From: Azolla caroliniana
Lineage: Eukaryota > Plantae > Polypodiophyta
Assembly: GCA_043228905.1 (NCBI GenBank)
Contig: JBHGNT010000013.1
Coordinates: forward strand, 16,554,001 to 16,618,000
Length of the DNA: 64,000 nucleotides
Direction of reading: 5' to 3'
The notes below the pieces were generated by a model. It did not search any database and was not told the origin of the DNA. It saw nothing but the letters and a program-made list of their open reading frames with translations. Positions 39,482 through 52,737 of this stretch are shown here, piece by piece. The translations under genes were made by a program, and so were the position numbers. Position 1 is the first letter of the stretch. Each line of letters starts with the position of its first letter.

Positions 39482-41440
39482 AATCGTCTCAATTTTGGTT
39501 TAAAGCTTTGTCAAATAGGACCGTAAAGCATATATTTTCAGCAATCTTTGTATTGAGCATAATATAGTTAAGAGTGATAGTTAGCTCAAGACTTCATGCG
39601 TTGATTTGATTGTGGTCAAGTGCATCTTGTAATAATCCTTAGTCACAATATTGGTTAGTGTAATTGTATTATTATCATTGGGCACCAACAAATAGGTCAC
39701 ACAATGGATTTATGGGATCTCTTATAGATCCTCTCATTGGGAACTAGGTAGTTGGTCATGTATCTAGAGGTTTAGCTCATAGCGTGCTAGAGAGGCTAGG
39801 TAACGTTGATTGTAGCTCAAAATGAGACAAACTTATTGGAACCCAAGAGAGAACTTCAAAAAAATTCAATAACATTTAGACAACTTCCAAGTTCAAAGAA
39901 ACTATGCGCAACTCTTGTAAACACTTTAGCAAACAAGTGCAACATACAACCTCGAAAATGACCTTGTTTTCTCCTCTTTAGAAATATGACTATTGTATAT
40001 TATCCCTTGGGAGTTTGGTTCATGTTTCTTGATGTGGTGATGGATCTCTTTCGAGGAAACATGAAAAGGTTATGCACCTCCTTCAAGATTGGTTTGTTAT
40101 TAAAGCAAGGCTCAACATCAATACATTCATTGATTTCCTCAAAGGAGACGTTCAATTGGACAAAACAAGTCCTATATGCACACAACATCACCACATTTGT
40201 TTTTGAAGGAAATTGACAGGCAACGCCCTTCTCAAGTTTAAGTAAGGCTAAGGAATCAGCTTGAAACTTGAGTTATCGGCACCTAGATAGACTAGGGATG
40301 CAAGGAAGTAATAGATACGAGTTTCGTCCTCTTAGATTGCTAAGTTATTCTATCCAGGGACCCACATCCCAAATGCATTCCATTGGTTTTAATTGAGTTG
40401 TTAGAAGGAAGCAATATGGATTATCATTTATGAGTGGGTACTATAGGTAATGATATGCGGGAACAATGGTATGCATTGATGGGGGTGCAATTGTGAGCGA
40501 GGGGGAAATTGTTATATAGAATAATCTTCTTTGAACTTGATGGATTTGTAAAATGGGTTGACAGGCGATCGACCATTCTATATAACCAGGATTTTTTTTG
40601 TTGCATTGATCCATTAAGCCTCCTTGACTAATGGTAGCATGAAGGCGATTTACCCGCTAGTATTTGCGGCGAAACAATAAAAAAGAGAGTCTAGTCTCCT
40701 GCTTAACTGGAAATTGACAAGGTTTTGCAAGAAACTTCAACATATACTTGAACGAAGGGAGTCCTTCACATTCGCATAGCCCATTCTCTCTAGCTTTCTC
40801 TTGTTATACAATCGTTGTTGTTCCCGTTCTCAACCCTTTCATAATGGGTGGAAGGAGAAAGGGTGAGACTCCTCTCATCTCCTGCATGTTCTATCGCATT
40901 CCATTCATTCTCGGAGCAGGCGTGAAGCCAGCCAGCTAGCCAGCCTTCGCGACTTTACACGTTTCGACAATGGGGAGTAGTCTCGATATCAATCAAAATT
41001 TCGGGTACTTCACTCTCACACACTTGCTTGCTTCTATGAGCCTCGGGATGTAAGTCGCTTTCGGGAGTCTTGGCGGAAGAAGGGTGTGTGCCTGGCTCTC
41101 GCATGAAGAGAAGAGTTCTGCCACTCCTTTTTGAAGCCACTCTGAATTTTTAAAAAACTAATGCTTTTGTGACTTACCACACATGTGCTGCCTCCCCTGC
41201 TCCCAAACTCTTCTTAAAGACCACAGAGACTGACTGATTCTTCAAGACTAGAGACAGACAGAGACTAGTCTCAGCTTCTGATTCTCTAAGGAGATCGTGG
41301 GCTCAATCCCCCCCCCCCCCATCTCACACAAATCTGTAGTAGGAGAGGCAGAGCAAGTGAGTGAGTGAGTGAGTGAAAGAAAGAGAGTGAGTGAAAGAGC
41401 CCACAATCATCAGAGACAGACACGATAGGTTGTGTTGGCT

Positions 41441-43346
41441 ATGGCGGATGATGGGCAACAGCACGCCTCCATAGCGATCAGAGAGCACTCATGTGCAGAG
41501 CAGTGCTCTCTTGTAAGTTCCCCATCATCTGCCGCAGAATGCAGAATCTGCCAGGAAGAAGATGACCAATCGAACCTCGAGTCTCCCTGTGCTTGCTCTG
41601 GTACCCTCAAGGTTAGCCTGTTTCTTTCTATTCATATATATCTATCTATCTATATATATACACAAACACACATATATGTATGAATGTGTGTATGTATGTC
41701 TATATGCCTCTCTCTATTCATATATGTATGTATTTACTGATCTCACACAAGAAGTTTGTGTTTTCTTACATGATTATAATGCAAAATTAAGTTTTAATTC
41801 TCCTTCCTTCCTTCCTGATGGAGTATAGAGGGGGTGTTTCTCTCACTATATATACATTACTTGAGTTTTGTTTATGAACCATCAATCCTTGTTCTGTTAT
41901 AGGCCTTTATCAAGCATGGCAATTTTTACTTATGTTTTTGTTAATTTTCCCTGTTTCAGTATGCTCACCACAAATGTGTGCAGAGGTGGTGTGACGAGAA
42001 GGGAGACACGATATGCGAGATTTGTCATGAGGTGAATCTACATGTTTTCCTCTCACAATGCTGATTTGAAGGGCTCGCCGCAATAATATCTAGTGTTCAG
42101 GGATCAATGTGTAGCCTATGGGACCTTAAAACTGTTGTAAAGAGCGACTAAAGAAGGTGTCTAGGGTCAAATGTATGCAATGCTAGGAAATCCAAATGCA
42201 TGCATAGGTAGGCTACATATATTCAGTGGTATGTAGAGATAGTAAATCAGAATTTGCTACCATTGTCATGTTTCAGCCTTATAAATGTGGATATCATTCC
42301 CCACCACCTCCTCCGCCTATCTTGCAGCTTCAACCAGGAACTGTGGCCATAGATTTCAGGTAACCTTCCTCTCGAGAGAAGATTTCCGTCAAAAGTTGTT
42401 TGGCATGTAAGTTGGCTCAAAATACAATGTGATTGCGATGAATGACTGTACAGTGATGATTGGGGTCTTCCGGGTTCACGCTCAATGGAGCTTCGTGACC
42501 CGCGTATTCTTGCTCTTGCTGCAGCTCAAAGACGTTTCCTGGAATCTGAATATGACGAGTACAGCCCCATTCATTCTGGCACTTCTACCTGCTGTCGATC
42601 GTTAGTGCTCATCGTAAGTTCTCCTTGTTAGAATTGAAGAAAACAAATAGGTTCAAATGGCTAATTTCATATGGTTTCCGGGAAGTTTTTGTTAGATTCA
42701 GGTTTTTGGCAAGAATTTATTGTAAACTTTTCCCCTTAAATGAGCCAAATGTTGTGAAAATTTTGAAATCTTAGCCCAGTACTTCTAGACTAGCTCAATT
42801 ATTTATATACTAAGCTGAGTATTTTGATCTTCTTTCTTATGTCCCCCCCTTCAGTTATTATTCTTATACTTAAGGCATTTATTCTGATTCTATTTTGTCA
42901 TTACATTCTTCCACAGCTGTTGGCATTGTTATTGCTTCGTCACACAATTACCATGATGGATTCGACGGCTGATGATGATGCTTCCATGTTCATAGTGGTA
43001 AGGCCCTGTTTAATTTGAATTGGGTTTACATATATACACATAGTCATATATGCCTGTGTCAAAATGATCCTAACTTCTTGCACAGATTTTCCTTCTCCGG
43101 GTTGTTGGGTTTTTCCTACCTTGTTACATTGTGGCCCGAGCCATGAACATGCTAGAGGCACGTCGACAAGAGGTACCTTATACTTAAATCTAAACGTCTT
43201 CACAAACTCAATATATGCAGTTCTTTTGAAGTGAAATGAGGTCCTCGAAACCAATCCTTTCTTGATTGAAGTTCCAGGCAGGGCTCTTGCTTCGCACAAG
43301 GCCAGACATTCTTACCCTGGTGCCCGCAGTCGGACAAGCACGATAA
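41441..43346 (+). CDS. RING-CH (RINGv) membrane-associated E3 ubiquitin ligase with DUF3675-like C-terminus; 7 exons
   Basis: Exons 41441-41611, 41960-42031, 42277-42359, 42454-42613, 42917-42997, 43086-43172, 43278-43346. C4HC3 motif ECRICQEED...PCACSGTLKYAHHKCVQRWCDEKGDTICEICH; CCRSLVLILLALLLLRH and GFFLPCYIV TM segments. Confidence 0.92.
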
Positions 43347-46029
43347 TGACAACAACAAAAGACGAAACGTCTTCAAATTGAAGCAGCAGTTTTCTCAAGC
43401 CAAACCATCTTCACATCCAACCTCTGTCTCTTTCATTCGCTCAATGGTGAAACCTTACTTAGGCATGGTGTGGTTTGGCTCATGCATATATGTATATCAT
43501 TCCTTGGAGAAAAAAGAAGAAGAGAACTTTAGGCTCTCCATCCGTGGATTGTGTATTTACAGTTTCCTCTTTAAATAATGCAGATAGCATATAATGTAGT
43601 GAACATTTGGATATAAACGAACGTTTTGATTGTGCAATATTGAGGCTTTTAACTATTATGGTAACTCACCTTGTTTTTTTTGCTCCAATTTACTTGATTA
43701 GGTGATCTTTTTATGCACAAATTTCCTCGACAAGCAATGCATTTGAAAGTATGCTGATAGATAGAGTACATAAGAGGATTATCCTCTAATTCAATATCAT
43801 TTGCACATCTACGTAATTCACCTTTACCATATTAACATGCACTTGCAGAATTGGTATGCTATGTTCTTTGTCTTTGCATAATTTATGGTGATTTTATCAT
43901 AAGGGAGGGAGTTATGTTTGAAAACAGCAAGCAGGGGTCAAGACACTTCGTTCTTAGGTGATCGAAGCAATGCATAACTTTTCTTTTTGTTGGTCTTAAG
44001 GGCATGAATCATACTCTCTTGTGTGAAGCTTATCTGATACAGCTCTTAGATGCAGCAATATTCGTCATAATGCCTTCACGGATGTTTCCTTGCAAGGGAA
44101 ATATGTCTTGAAAGATAGCAAATCCTTGCAATAGATCTATCTCATTATTTATTTTCAGCTGATTTCAAGCAAGTTAAACTCAACTTAAATTCTTGTCAAA
44201 TTTCAAGCAAGATTACACAAACATGTTCAGATTCAAGCTTCCATTCCACTTATCATAACCATATCATTGCCAAAATATGTATACACTAGCCTCTTTCACA
44301 TAATCGTCATTCTTGGACTTCGTTAGTTCACAACCAAATGTTTGTCGCCATTGAAATGTGATGCGAGGGAATAGCTAATTTATTTTCGAATGCTAGTTAC
44401 ACTTTAATCATTTTTATCTTCTTAGGCTGAACTTTATGATGAGTAAGGTAACAACATTTTCCAATCTCCACTTTGTTGAAACATTGACAATTCACTTAAG
44501 AACAATTATAATTACGATTGTCATTATCACACTCCATAGTTATTGATAGGATTTGTTATAAATTCATTTAATTTTACAAAATTATTTCCATTCACGAAAA
44601 ATGAACAAATTTTTTGATAGGCTTAAATGTAAAGCAAGAATTGAATTGACCTCCAACAATATGAAAGGGCATAACCATTGCAACATCAACACAAGATCAT
44701 GTACCAACATTATGTAACAAGTTTAGTCTATTTTTTAAGTCTAGAGTGTCTTTTTTTTACCCACCTAATTGTTGCAATTCCAACTTCAATCATACCCAAT
44801 ATCACATAAACAAATTTCCCCCCCTCTACACATACAACTTGACCATTATGGTTTTCACACACATCTTTTTGTTGCACTTTGATAGGAAATCCAAATTACA
44901 TGGGCATGCGTATGCATACATGCAGTTGTTCGTGCTTGCAACATAAAGCATGCATACCTATGAACATTTGACCCAAAACTGGTCGATGTCCATCAAGAAG
45001 CCTTTGGGAAATTTTTCGTAGTTGGCCAAACCCATCTCCAAGCTTTGTGATAGGGTTCGCCATCGTATGTAAATTTCGGCCAATGTGAATCATATTATTC
45101 ATTTGGAAGATTATATAATGAAAGAAATCAAATGATAACTTACGTAAGTTCTCTTTAAAGTATCCTTAAACATAGTATCCATCATTGGTTCATGATTAAA
45201 TGCTTCATCATAGACATGGGTCTCAAATATTTTATTTTTATTTTCTTGTATTAAATCCAAAGAAAGGTAATGAGAACTTATGCTTGCTCTTTTATTAGTT
45301 CAAAAAAGCATTAGCACAAAGACATTATATATCCATACAAAAACATACTTCTTGAATGATTATTAGCAGCATAAATGAACTCAAAACCAAACCAAAAGCA
45401 TGAATAAATGTCACCCAAGATTCATGTCGATATTGTATATTACATTCTTGGAGTCATAAGAGTGTTAGAATCACGATTAAGAAGCGATTTACAAAAGAAA
45501 ATATGAATATACTTTATGTATGTACGATGAGTGTACCGAAATATGGAACCTCAATTTGTCTAGGGGGTTCCCAAGCTTGGATTCACATGGAGGTTTTAAG
45601 GTACACAACCAACTTTAGTCAGTTTGTAAAAAACAATCATAGTTGTGTCTTATAAGGCATGTACTCATAGGCTTGTATTAAAACGCTAAAAACGACGACT
45701 AAGAGTTTAATAACAAGACAATGCATGGAGACAAAAAAACATAAAAAATAGAATCATCAAGGGTTCACCATGGAGAAATTTCAGCCCTACAATTTAAAAA
45801 AAGATCGATAATGACCCAAGTAGACAGAAAACGAGTTTTGAGGTAAGTTAGGTTTGATGATTTTGATGTATACTTTACTCCACATTAGCAACTTGATTTG
45901 ATTGAAATCAAAAGCATCCATGATATTAGCTTAAATGAGTTTTGCACCCAAAATATCGACTATGGTTGTAAAATGAATATCATCAACAATGGCGATTGAA
46001 TGAGTCATTGAGGGTCAAAGCATTACACG

Positions 46030-46255
46030 AAGGATATAATCGATTTACTTGCATCTTGAAGCATTTACTAGTCTTTAATTTGTCTGTGAAACATTTGAAT
46101 GGAGCGCAAAACCATTTTAAATTGGAAGGAACATAGTGAGCCAAGGATATAATCGATTTACTTGCATCTTGAAGCATTTACTAGTCTTTAATTTGTCTGT
46201 GAAACATTTGAATGGAGCGCAAAACCATTTTAAATTGAAAGGAACATAGTCAGCC
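46030..46255. repeat. near-perfect tandem duplication, 2 x 113 bp
   Basis: aaggatataatcgatttacttgcatcttgaagc...gaacatagt at 46030 and 46143. Confidence 0.95.
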
Positions 46256-48690
46256 CTTGTTTCGTCACCATTTTTCAGCTCCTCCCCCATTGCCCATGTA
46301 ATGCCTTCTCTTTCTTTGTGCTACTTTAGTAATCATTACGAGTTTCTTTCATCTAGTTAGAAACCACAAGGTTAATTTAGAAAGCTTTGCAATATAAATT
46401 TATATGTTATTACTTCCCCCTTACAACATGTGAAAACATTTAATATCCTATAAGGTGGAGTTATCCATTATAGATTCACCTTGGAAACTTAAAATTCAAC
46501 ATGTGATCTAGATGAGGGCAAACATTAAGACCGTTGTGTGCACGTTATAAAGAGTGAGCACACTTAGAAGTCATGATTTATTAAATTTCACTCTCAAACT
46601 TTATATGCTTAAATGTGCATAAGTTTCTAGAATAGAGCTCCTTGCAAAACTCTCTAGTTTTTCTCGTATATAGTGGGATCCAGCTTTGATACCCATCAAC
46701 TACATCAATGTCAAGTTGCTAACCGAAATAAGAAAAACCACCTAACATCCACAACTACAATGACACATCATACACAATGGGACATATTTAACAATATTGT
46801 CATTTAGGAAATACCTATGAGGACATGCAACAAACATTGTGGTCGTATCATATAATAGGATTTGAAACAAGAAAAGTTGAATCATCTTACATAGGTGGGT
46901 TCAAATGAGAAAATGTTAATCATGGATGAGTTTATATTTTTGCTTTTCTTTCAATGGGGGATCGACCTTGACATCTTACCAAAATAAAAGTAAACATCTT
47001 CCTCGTTAGGACATCACAAACAAGGATCATAATTTCTTCAAAAGGAAACATCCTACTTGGTAGTAAGTTCACATACAAAGAATCATAATTTCTTCATGTA
47101 TTATCCTACAATCTTTCATTTGGTGTTTCGATATTTGCTTGAATAATAGGTGGCAATCTCTATCAAGAAGTCGCATGCAAGGATCATAAATTTGTCAAGC
47201 GATCATTCTATAATATCTTACTTTGTGTTTCAATATTTGTTTGGACATTCCGCAGCCATCTATATTTCCATTTCTCATTAAGACCCATTGCAAGAGGTTC
47301 AGATCTGAAACAGAAATACCAATATTGTCTATAGATCTATGATTTCCATATCCTTGAGGGAAACCTTCTTCTCTAACAATATTGTAGAACACACATCCAT
47401 GAGGCTTCACGGGTCATAAGAACCATGAAAGAGTGTCCTTCAGGATGAACTTCAATTGATTTTTATTAGATCAAGCAGGCGTGCATACACTCAACACGAC
47501 CCTGAAAAGGTGGGCAAGAATGGGAAAGGGGACAATGTAAGCAAGCCCAAGATGTGATGAAGAAGCAAAGGGGAGAGAGAAAGAGAGAGAGAGAGAGTGT
47601 GTGTGTGTGTGTGTGTGAACTCCACCAACACCAACAATGCGAGACATCAATAGAAATAACAGACTAACTTCAAAAACAAAGCTGAAAAAATTAATGAAAA
47701 ATGGAAAAAGGGAGTAGAGAGCAATTTTCATTAGCAAGCTTCATCACAGATCAGATTTTACTACTGCATTTGCATTTGCAACTTGAGTGTTAGTAAGGGC
47801 CACTACAATTTGTTATCATGACAACCCCTGTATTAATGGTTTATATGTACACAACACAGAATTAGACACTCTTGGGTTCTGTTTGCTCTTTCTATGTGCC
47901 TGTAAATTGTAATGCAACTCAGCTAAATCTCTCTATTGGATACCTCCTTTTATTTCTAAGAGTCGTTACCAATCCATAGCTTCCCATTACATTTCATAAT
48001 CCTCTCAGATATATGAATATATACATAGGTCAATTTCCACAGATAACCCAGTCATCAGTGAATGGCTCATAGAGTCCAAAGATACCCACCTAATTCATTT
48101 TGAATTTGTAATCCTTCATAAGTTATTTAGTTGATCCTCAAGGGTCACATTTAAATAAATTGGATTTCTCACGTACTTCCATTACTTCTGCATTTGAAGC
48201 AACAAGCACTATTGGAGACATATTCCTGGATAACAAAACAGATTGGGGTTCTCATTCAGTCCTGCTCACACACAAACAGATTAATTGAGGAAGGGATAAT
48301 ACAACAAGGTGAACACATAAGTATGTATATATACAGAATGAACAAAAGTGTTAATTTCCTTAATTTAATGTTGCTTTCTTTGGGTTTGTGGCTCCAGCCA
48401 CAATGCCATCTTATGTGTTGGTGTATGTAAGCAATGAATTTGTGATCCTAAGATAATTATAGTGATAATTTGCATTTCAATTTTAGATAATGTTTTTTCT
48501 GTGATAATTTGTATTTAAATGAAATGTGATAATGTTTTTTCTGTGATAATCTGTGATAATGAAATGACATGTATTTTGGTGCCTATCTCAGAGCAGAAAC
48601 CATGGCAATCCGAATTCAATGCTATAGAACTGAGCTTTTCAATCCATTGATAACCACGAGCAGATACAATGATATGCAAATTTGACAGAT

Positions 48691-51600
48691 ATGACTCTTG
48701 AAGAGGTGCTGAAGGATGTAACTTTAAAGGAGATGGAGAACTCCGAGGTTGAGCAATTGAAAGAGCTACTTGCAATAGAGAAGAAGAGTGTCTCTGAAAT
48801 GTCGGCCGAGCTACAAACCTTGAAAACAGAAATAGGAAATAACAAACATGAAACCGAACGTTTCACATTGGTGAAGAAAAGGTTTGATGATAGAAGGTAT
48901 ATGCAACAACCGAAGGTTCATTTAGAGCTAGAAGATGCAGAGAATACCATAGCTGAGCTTAAAGAAGAGGTGGCTTACAAGGCTAGTGTGAACAGGAGCC
49001 TCGCATTGCAACTCGAGAAAACAATCGAGTCCAACTCAGAACTTCTCCTGGAGATAAAAGACTTGGATGATTTGCTACAAAGCAGAGAAAAAGAGATAGC
49101 GAAACTCAGAGGAATGAATGATTCTGCCAATTATTTTGAAGAAGAGAAGGCTTTATGGATGAAAAAACTTGAAGAAAGCGAGAAAGTAATCAAAGAACTC
49201 AAGTTATACATAGAGGAGCACACAATACATGGGAAAACAGAGGATATCGATAAGCTGAAATTAGATTTGGAGAAGGCAGGCAGAGAATGTGGTGAGATAC
49301 GGGAAGAGAACATGAATCTTTTGTCACAATTGATGAACCTACGCCATCTAACCAATGAAAAAGATGCTTTGGTTCACCGACTTGAATCAAAATTGGCCAC
49401 ATGGCAAGACCAAGTCCCCTCTACTGAGAATGGATTGGAAAAGAAGCTAAAAGAACTACAGTGTACAGTTAATGATCTGCGAGATAAGCTTCACCTCTCT
49501 GAGGAGTTATCACAAAGCCAGCTAGATAGCAATAAGGTCTTTCTGGAAGAGCTTAGTTCTACTGTTGACACATTGCGGATCAAGAATGAGCAACTGGAAT
49601 CGATGCTAAAGAAATCAGAGGAGAGTAATTCTTCCTTGACCCAAGAGATTTCAATGCTAAGAAAAGACATCATAGAGCATGAGAAAGAGCGATCATTGCT
49701 CATGTCACAGAGAGGTCAAATGAAAACCTTGAGAGAAAAGATATCTGTAATCACCCAAAGTTACGAGATTGCCATTAATACCATCGAGAATCTTGAAGGT
49801 GTGAATAAAACTTTGCAGGAGGAAAAAGATGAAGCGTTTTCTGTTCTAAAGAAACAGCTTACAAGTACCGAGGAAAAACTAGATGAAATGAACTTGCAAT
49901 GTCAAGAGGTAAATAAAGACTTAACTGAGGCACAGAATCAACTTAGACAGAAAGAAGAAGAGGTCCACTTTCTCCGTAATGCTAAGGAAATAGCTGATGC
50001 TTCTCTGAGGTCTTTTCAGTTGACACACAAAGAGTTACAAGACCATGTTAACTCACTTCTCATAGCTAAAGAAAAAGCCGATACTTCTTTAAGGTCATCG
50101 AAGGCAGCACAAGCAACTCTACAACAGAAATTGCAAGAGCTGGAGCAGATTTGTTCTCAAAGGCTTCAACAACTCCACGAGGCTAATGATGATATTGCAA
50201 AGCTTAGAGATGATTTAGAAAGGGCTCAGGACAAGCTCCAGCAGACTTATTATAAGCTAGCTGAGGCTGAAATTGACAAATGTGGCTTAGAGCGAAGACA
50301 TCAGGATAATGCCGAAGAGGATCGAAACACGAATAATAAGCCATTTGACCTTCACCAAAAAGACATAGATGATTTGAAGATGTCATTATTGGCATCAGAG
50401 AGTAGAGTGCACGAACTGAAGCTAGAAAATGCTAATCTTGCAGAGAAACTGTCTGATGTGGCATCTGAGAAAAATGAAATCAGTCATAGATTGAAATCAG
50501 CACAGCAAAGAGAGCTCGAATTAGACAAGAAAGTCAAAGACATGGGTAGAGAACTCCTCGACATTCAAAATGAAACAGTTGTCTATGAACAAACAATGAC
50601 CCAACTCGAGAGCAGATTACAGTTCCTTGGTGGCAAGAGAATCGATCAAGAAGAAAAACTGATCGTCCAGCTGCAAGGGTTGACAGCTTCACATCATGAG
50701 ATGCTCATGGAAAAAGAGAAAGCACAAAGCTGCATTAATAAACTCCAGAATGACAATGCAAATCTTACGAAGGAGCTGACCATGTGGAAAGATAAGGCAA
50801 AAAGTGCTAGGCATCAAAATGCTTCATTGGAAGAAAAGAATACTAGCATTTCCAAAAGTGCTAAAAAAGCACCTGAGCTTGACCAGAAAAATGAAATAGT
50901 CCGGCTTCGCAAGCACGCATCTGACTTGAAGAAAAAGCTCATTGAGCAAGAAGAGGAAAAAGATGAGATAAAAAAGAAAATGTTATTATTCCAACGGGAG
51001 GTCCAACACAAATCTGAACTTCTAGCTCTTTCCAAGAAAAAGCTTCGAGAAAAAGAGAAGGATGATATTAATGGAGGCCAAAAGCCCACGAAGCATCAAC
51101 CTAAAACTACGCATAAGATGATGAGCACTGGCACTGGCATGTCTCAAAGTGTAAAAGCCATGGCCAACCTTGCAGAAAAAGTGAAATTGCTTGAGGTAAA
51201 CGACTCACTCAAGCATCAAGTTTCTGTCTCATTTTGCTACCATTCCCACAAGACAAATCGTTTTTTTTGTTCTTTGTTTGCAAGTTGCATGTTGACTGGG
51301 AGTAACTCAGCAAACCAAAAATACACTTTTTTTTGCTCTTTTGATTTTGGATAGGAGCAACTCAACACCAAAAATGTAGAGTTAGAAGCAGCAAAGTTTC
51401 TTCTTGAGGGAAAAGAACAACTCCTGTGCAAAAAGGCAGAGCATGATACTGGGGTTCGTAGACAATGTCAAGATGAGGTATTAGGACCGATTCTGCAAAT
51501 TTAAAGACACTAATCATATTTCCTGTTATATAGTTTTTCACTTATATATATATAGATAACTGAACATGAAGAAGGTTCAGTGGTTTAAGATATAGTTGAT

Positions 51601-52737
51601 GGATGACTTGATTTATGTTCCTGAGACTTATTCCAGAGGGATAATTGGCACAAGCAAGATTCAGTTTGTTCTCAAACAGACAAGGTTTCACAATATGTTG
51701 CATCAGATGAAGCATTTCAAAAAGAATTCAAAGCTATGCAAGAGGTATATTTGTCAACTATCTTTCTTAGAATTTGAAATCTTTTTCCCTTTACTTTCCT
51801 GATGATGTCTACCTTGAAATTTTAGTAGTTCTTGTAGTACACCTAGCCTCAATAAGAAACGTTGATAATTACACAAGTTGCAGTTTAATACACAATGGCA
51901 GAATATAAACCTACAGCATTGGCTTGGTCTTAATCTCTTTTTTTGCAACATATCACACTGGCTTGTTGCATCAACTGTGGTCTACTTCATGTGCAGGAAA
52001 ATCAACGTCTAAGAAATCTACTATCTCAGCTCACCATAACATCACAGGAAGAAAATGACACCTACAGGTAGACGATTATATTCATGTGAATTCTGATACT
52101 TTGAATAGGTTATTAAAGCTACGCACACCATACATGTGCATGTACCCATACATATTCAATGTACCACATACCACATACAACACAGCACATACCAAATACC
52201 AGATATCAATTACCATAATCCACATTCCACATGCATACACCGCATCCACATACCAAATACCAAATACCAGATATCAAATACCATAATCCACATTCCACAT
52301 GCATACACCACATTCACATCTGACAAGATCAAGAAAATGAGCTCATGATTAGTAGCCAATATAAATTTGAACTAATATAGAATGACTATTTCAATTCTGC
52401 GTTGCCATGGTGGGTCCTTACAAACGATACTCTGGCACAAGTTGAAATGTACCTTATTGTACATATCCAAAACATGTGTTAAGAATCTCACATACATAAA
52501 AGTCCCACAAGGAAATTTTTTTGAGCAGAATTTACCGATCCGGATTTAACTGGTTTTTGGGGCAGCCTTGAAGGATCTGTGGTGGGGAGCAATCCGGAGA
52601 GAGTAGAAGAGGAGTTGAGGGAGATGAGGGACAGGTACACACAGATGAGCCTGAGCTTTGCAGAGGTGCAAGCAGAGAAGGAGGAGCTCCTGATGACCAT
52701 CAAAAGCCTGCGCACGGCCACCTTCCTCGCTGGGTAG
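48691..52737 (+). CDS. long coiled-coil protein, plant 'myosin heavy chain-related' (NT-C2-associated family C-terminus)
   Basis: Exons ~48689/48691-51195, 51355-51477, 51637-51744, 51997-52067, 52566-52737. Heptad-rich throughout; family motifs LQLEKTIESNSELLLEIKDLDDLL and EELREMRDRYTQMSLSFAEVQAEKEELLMTIKSL. The 5' end is uncertain (acceptor AG at 48687-48688). Confidence 0.82.
52125..52320. repeat. intronic tandem repeats built from CCACAT/ATACC units
   Basis: cacataccaaataccagatatcaa.taccataatccacattccacatgcatacacc duplicated. Confidence 0.85.

Noticed and set aside
41089-41108. miR160-like TGCCTGGCTC
   Set aside because: Only 10 nt match and no star arm downstream.
49131-51431. Antisense ORFs over the coiled-coil gene (similar ones lie over the PPR, PK and SRC2 exons)
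   Set aside because: Shadow ORFs expected from the codon bias of the real genes; no independent motifs.
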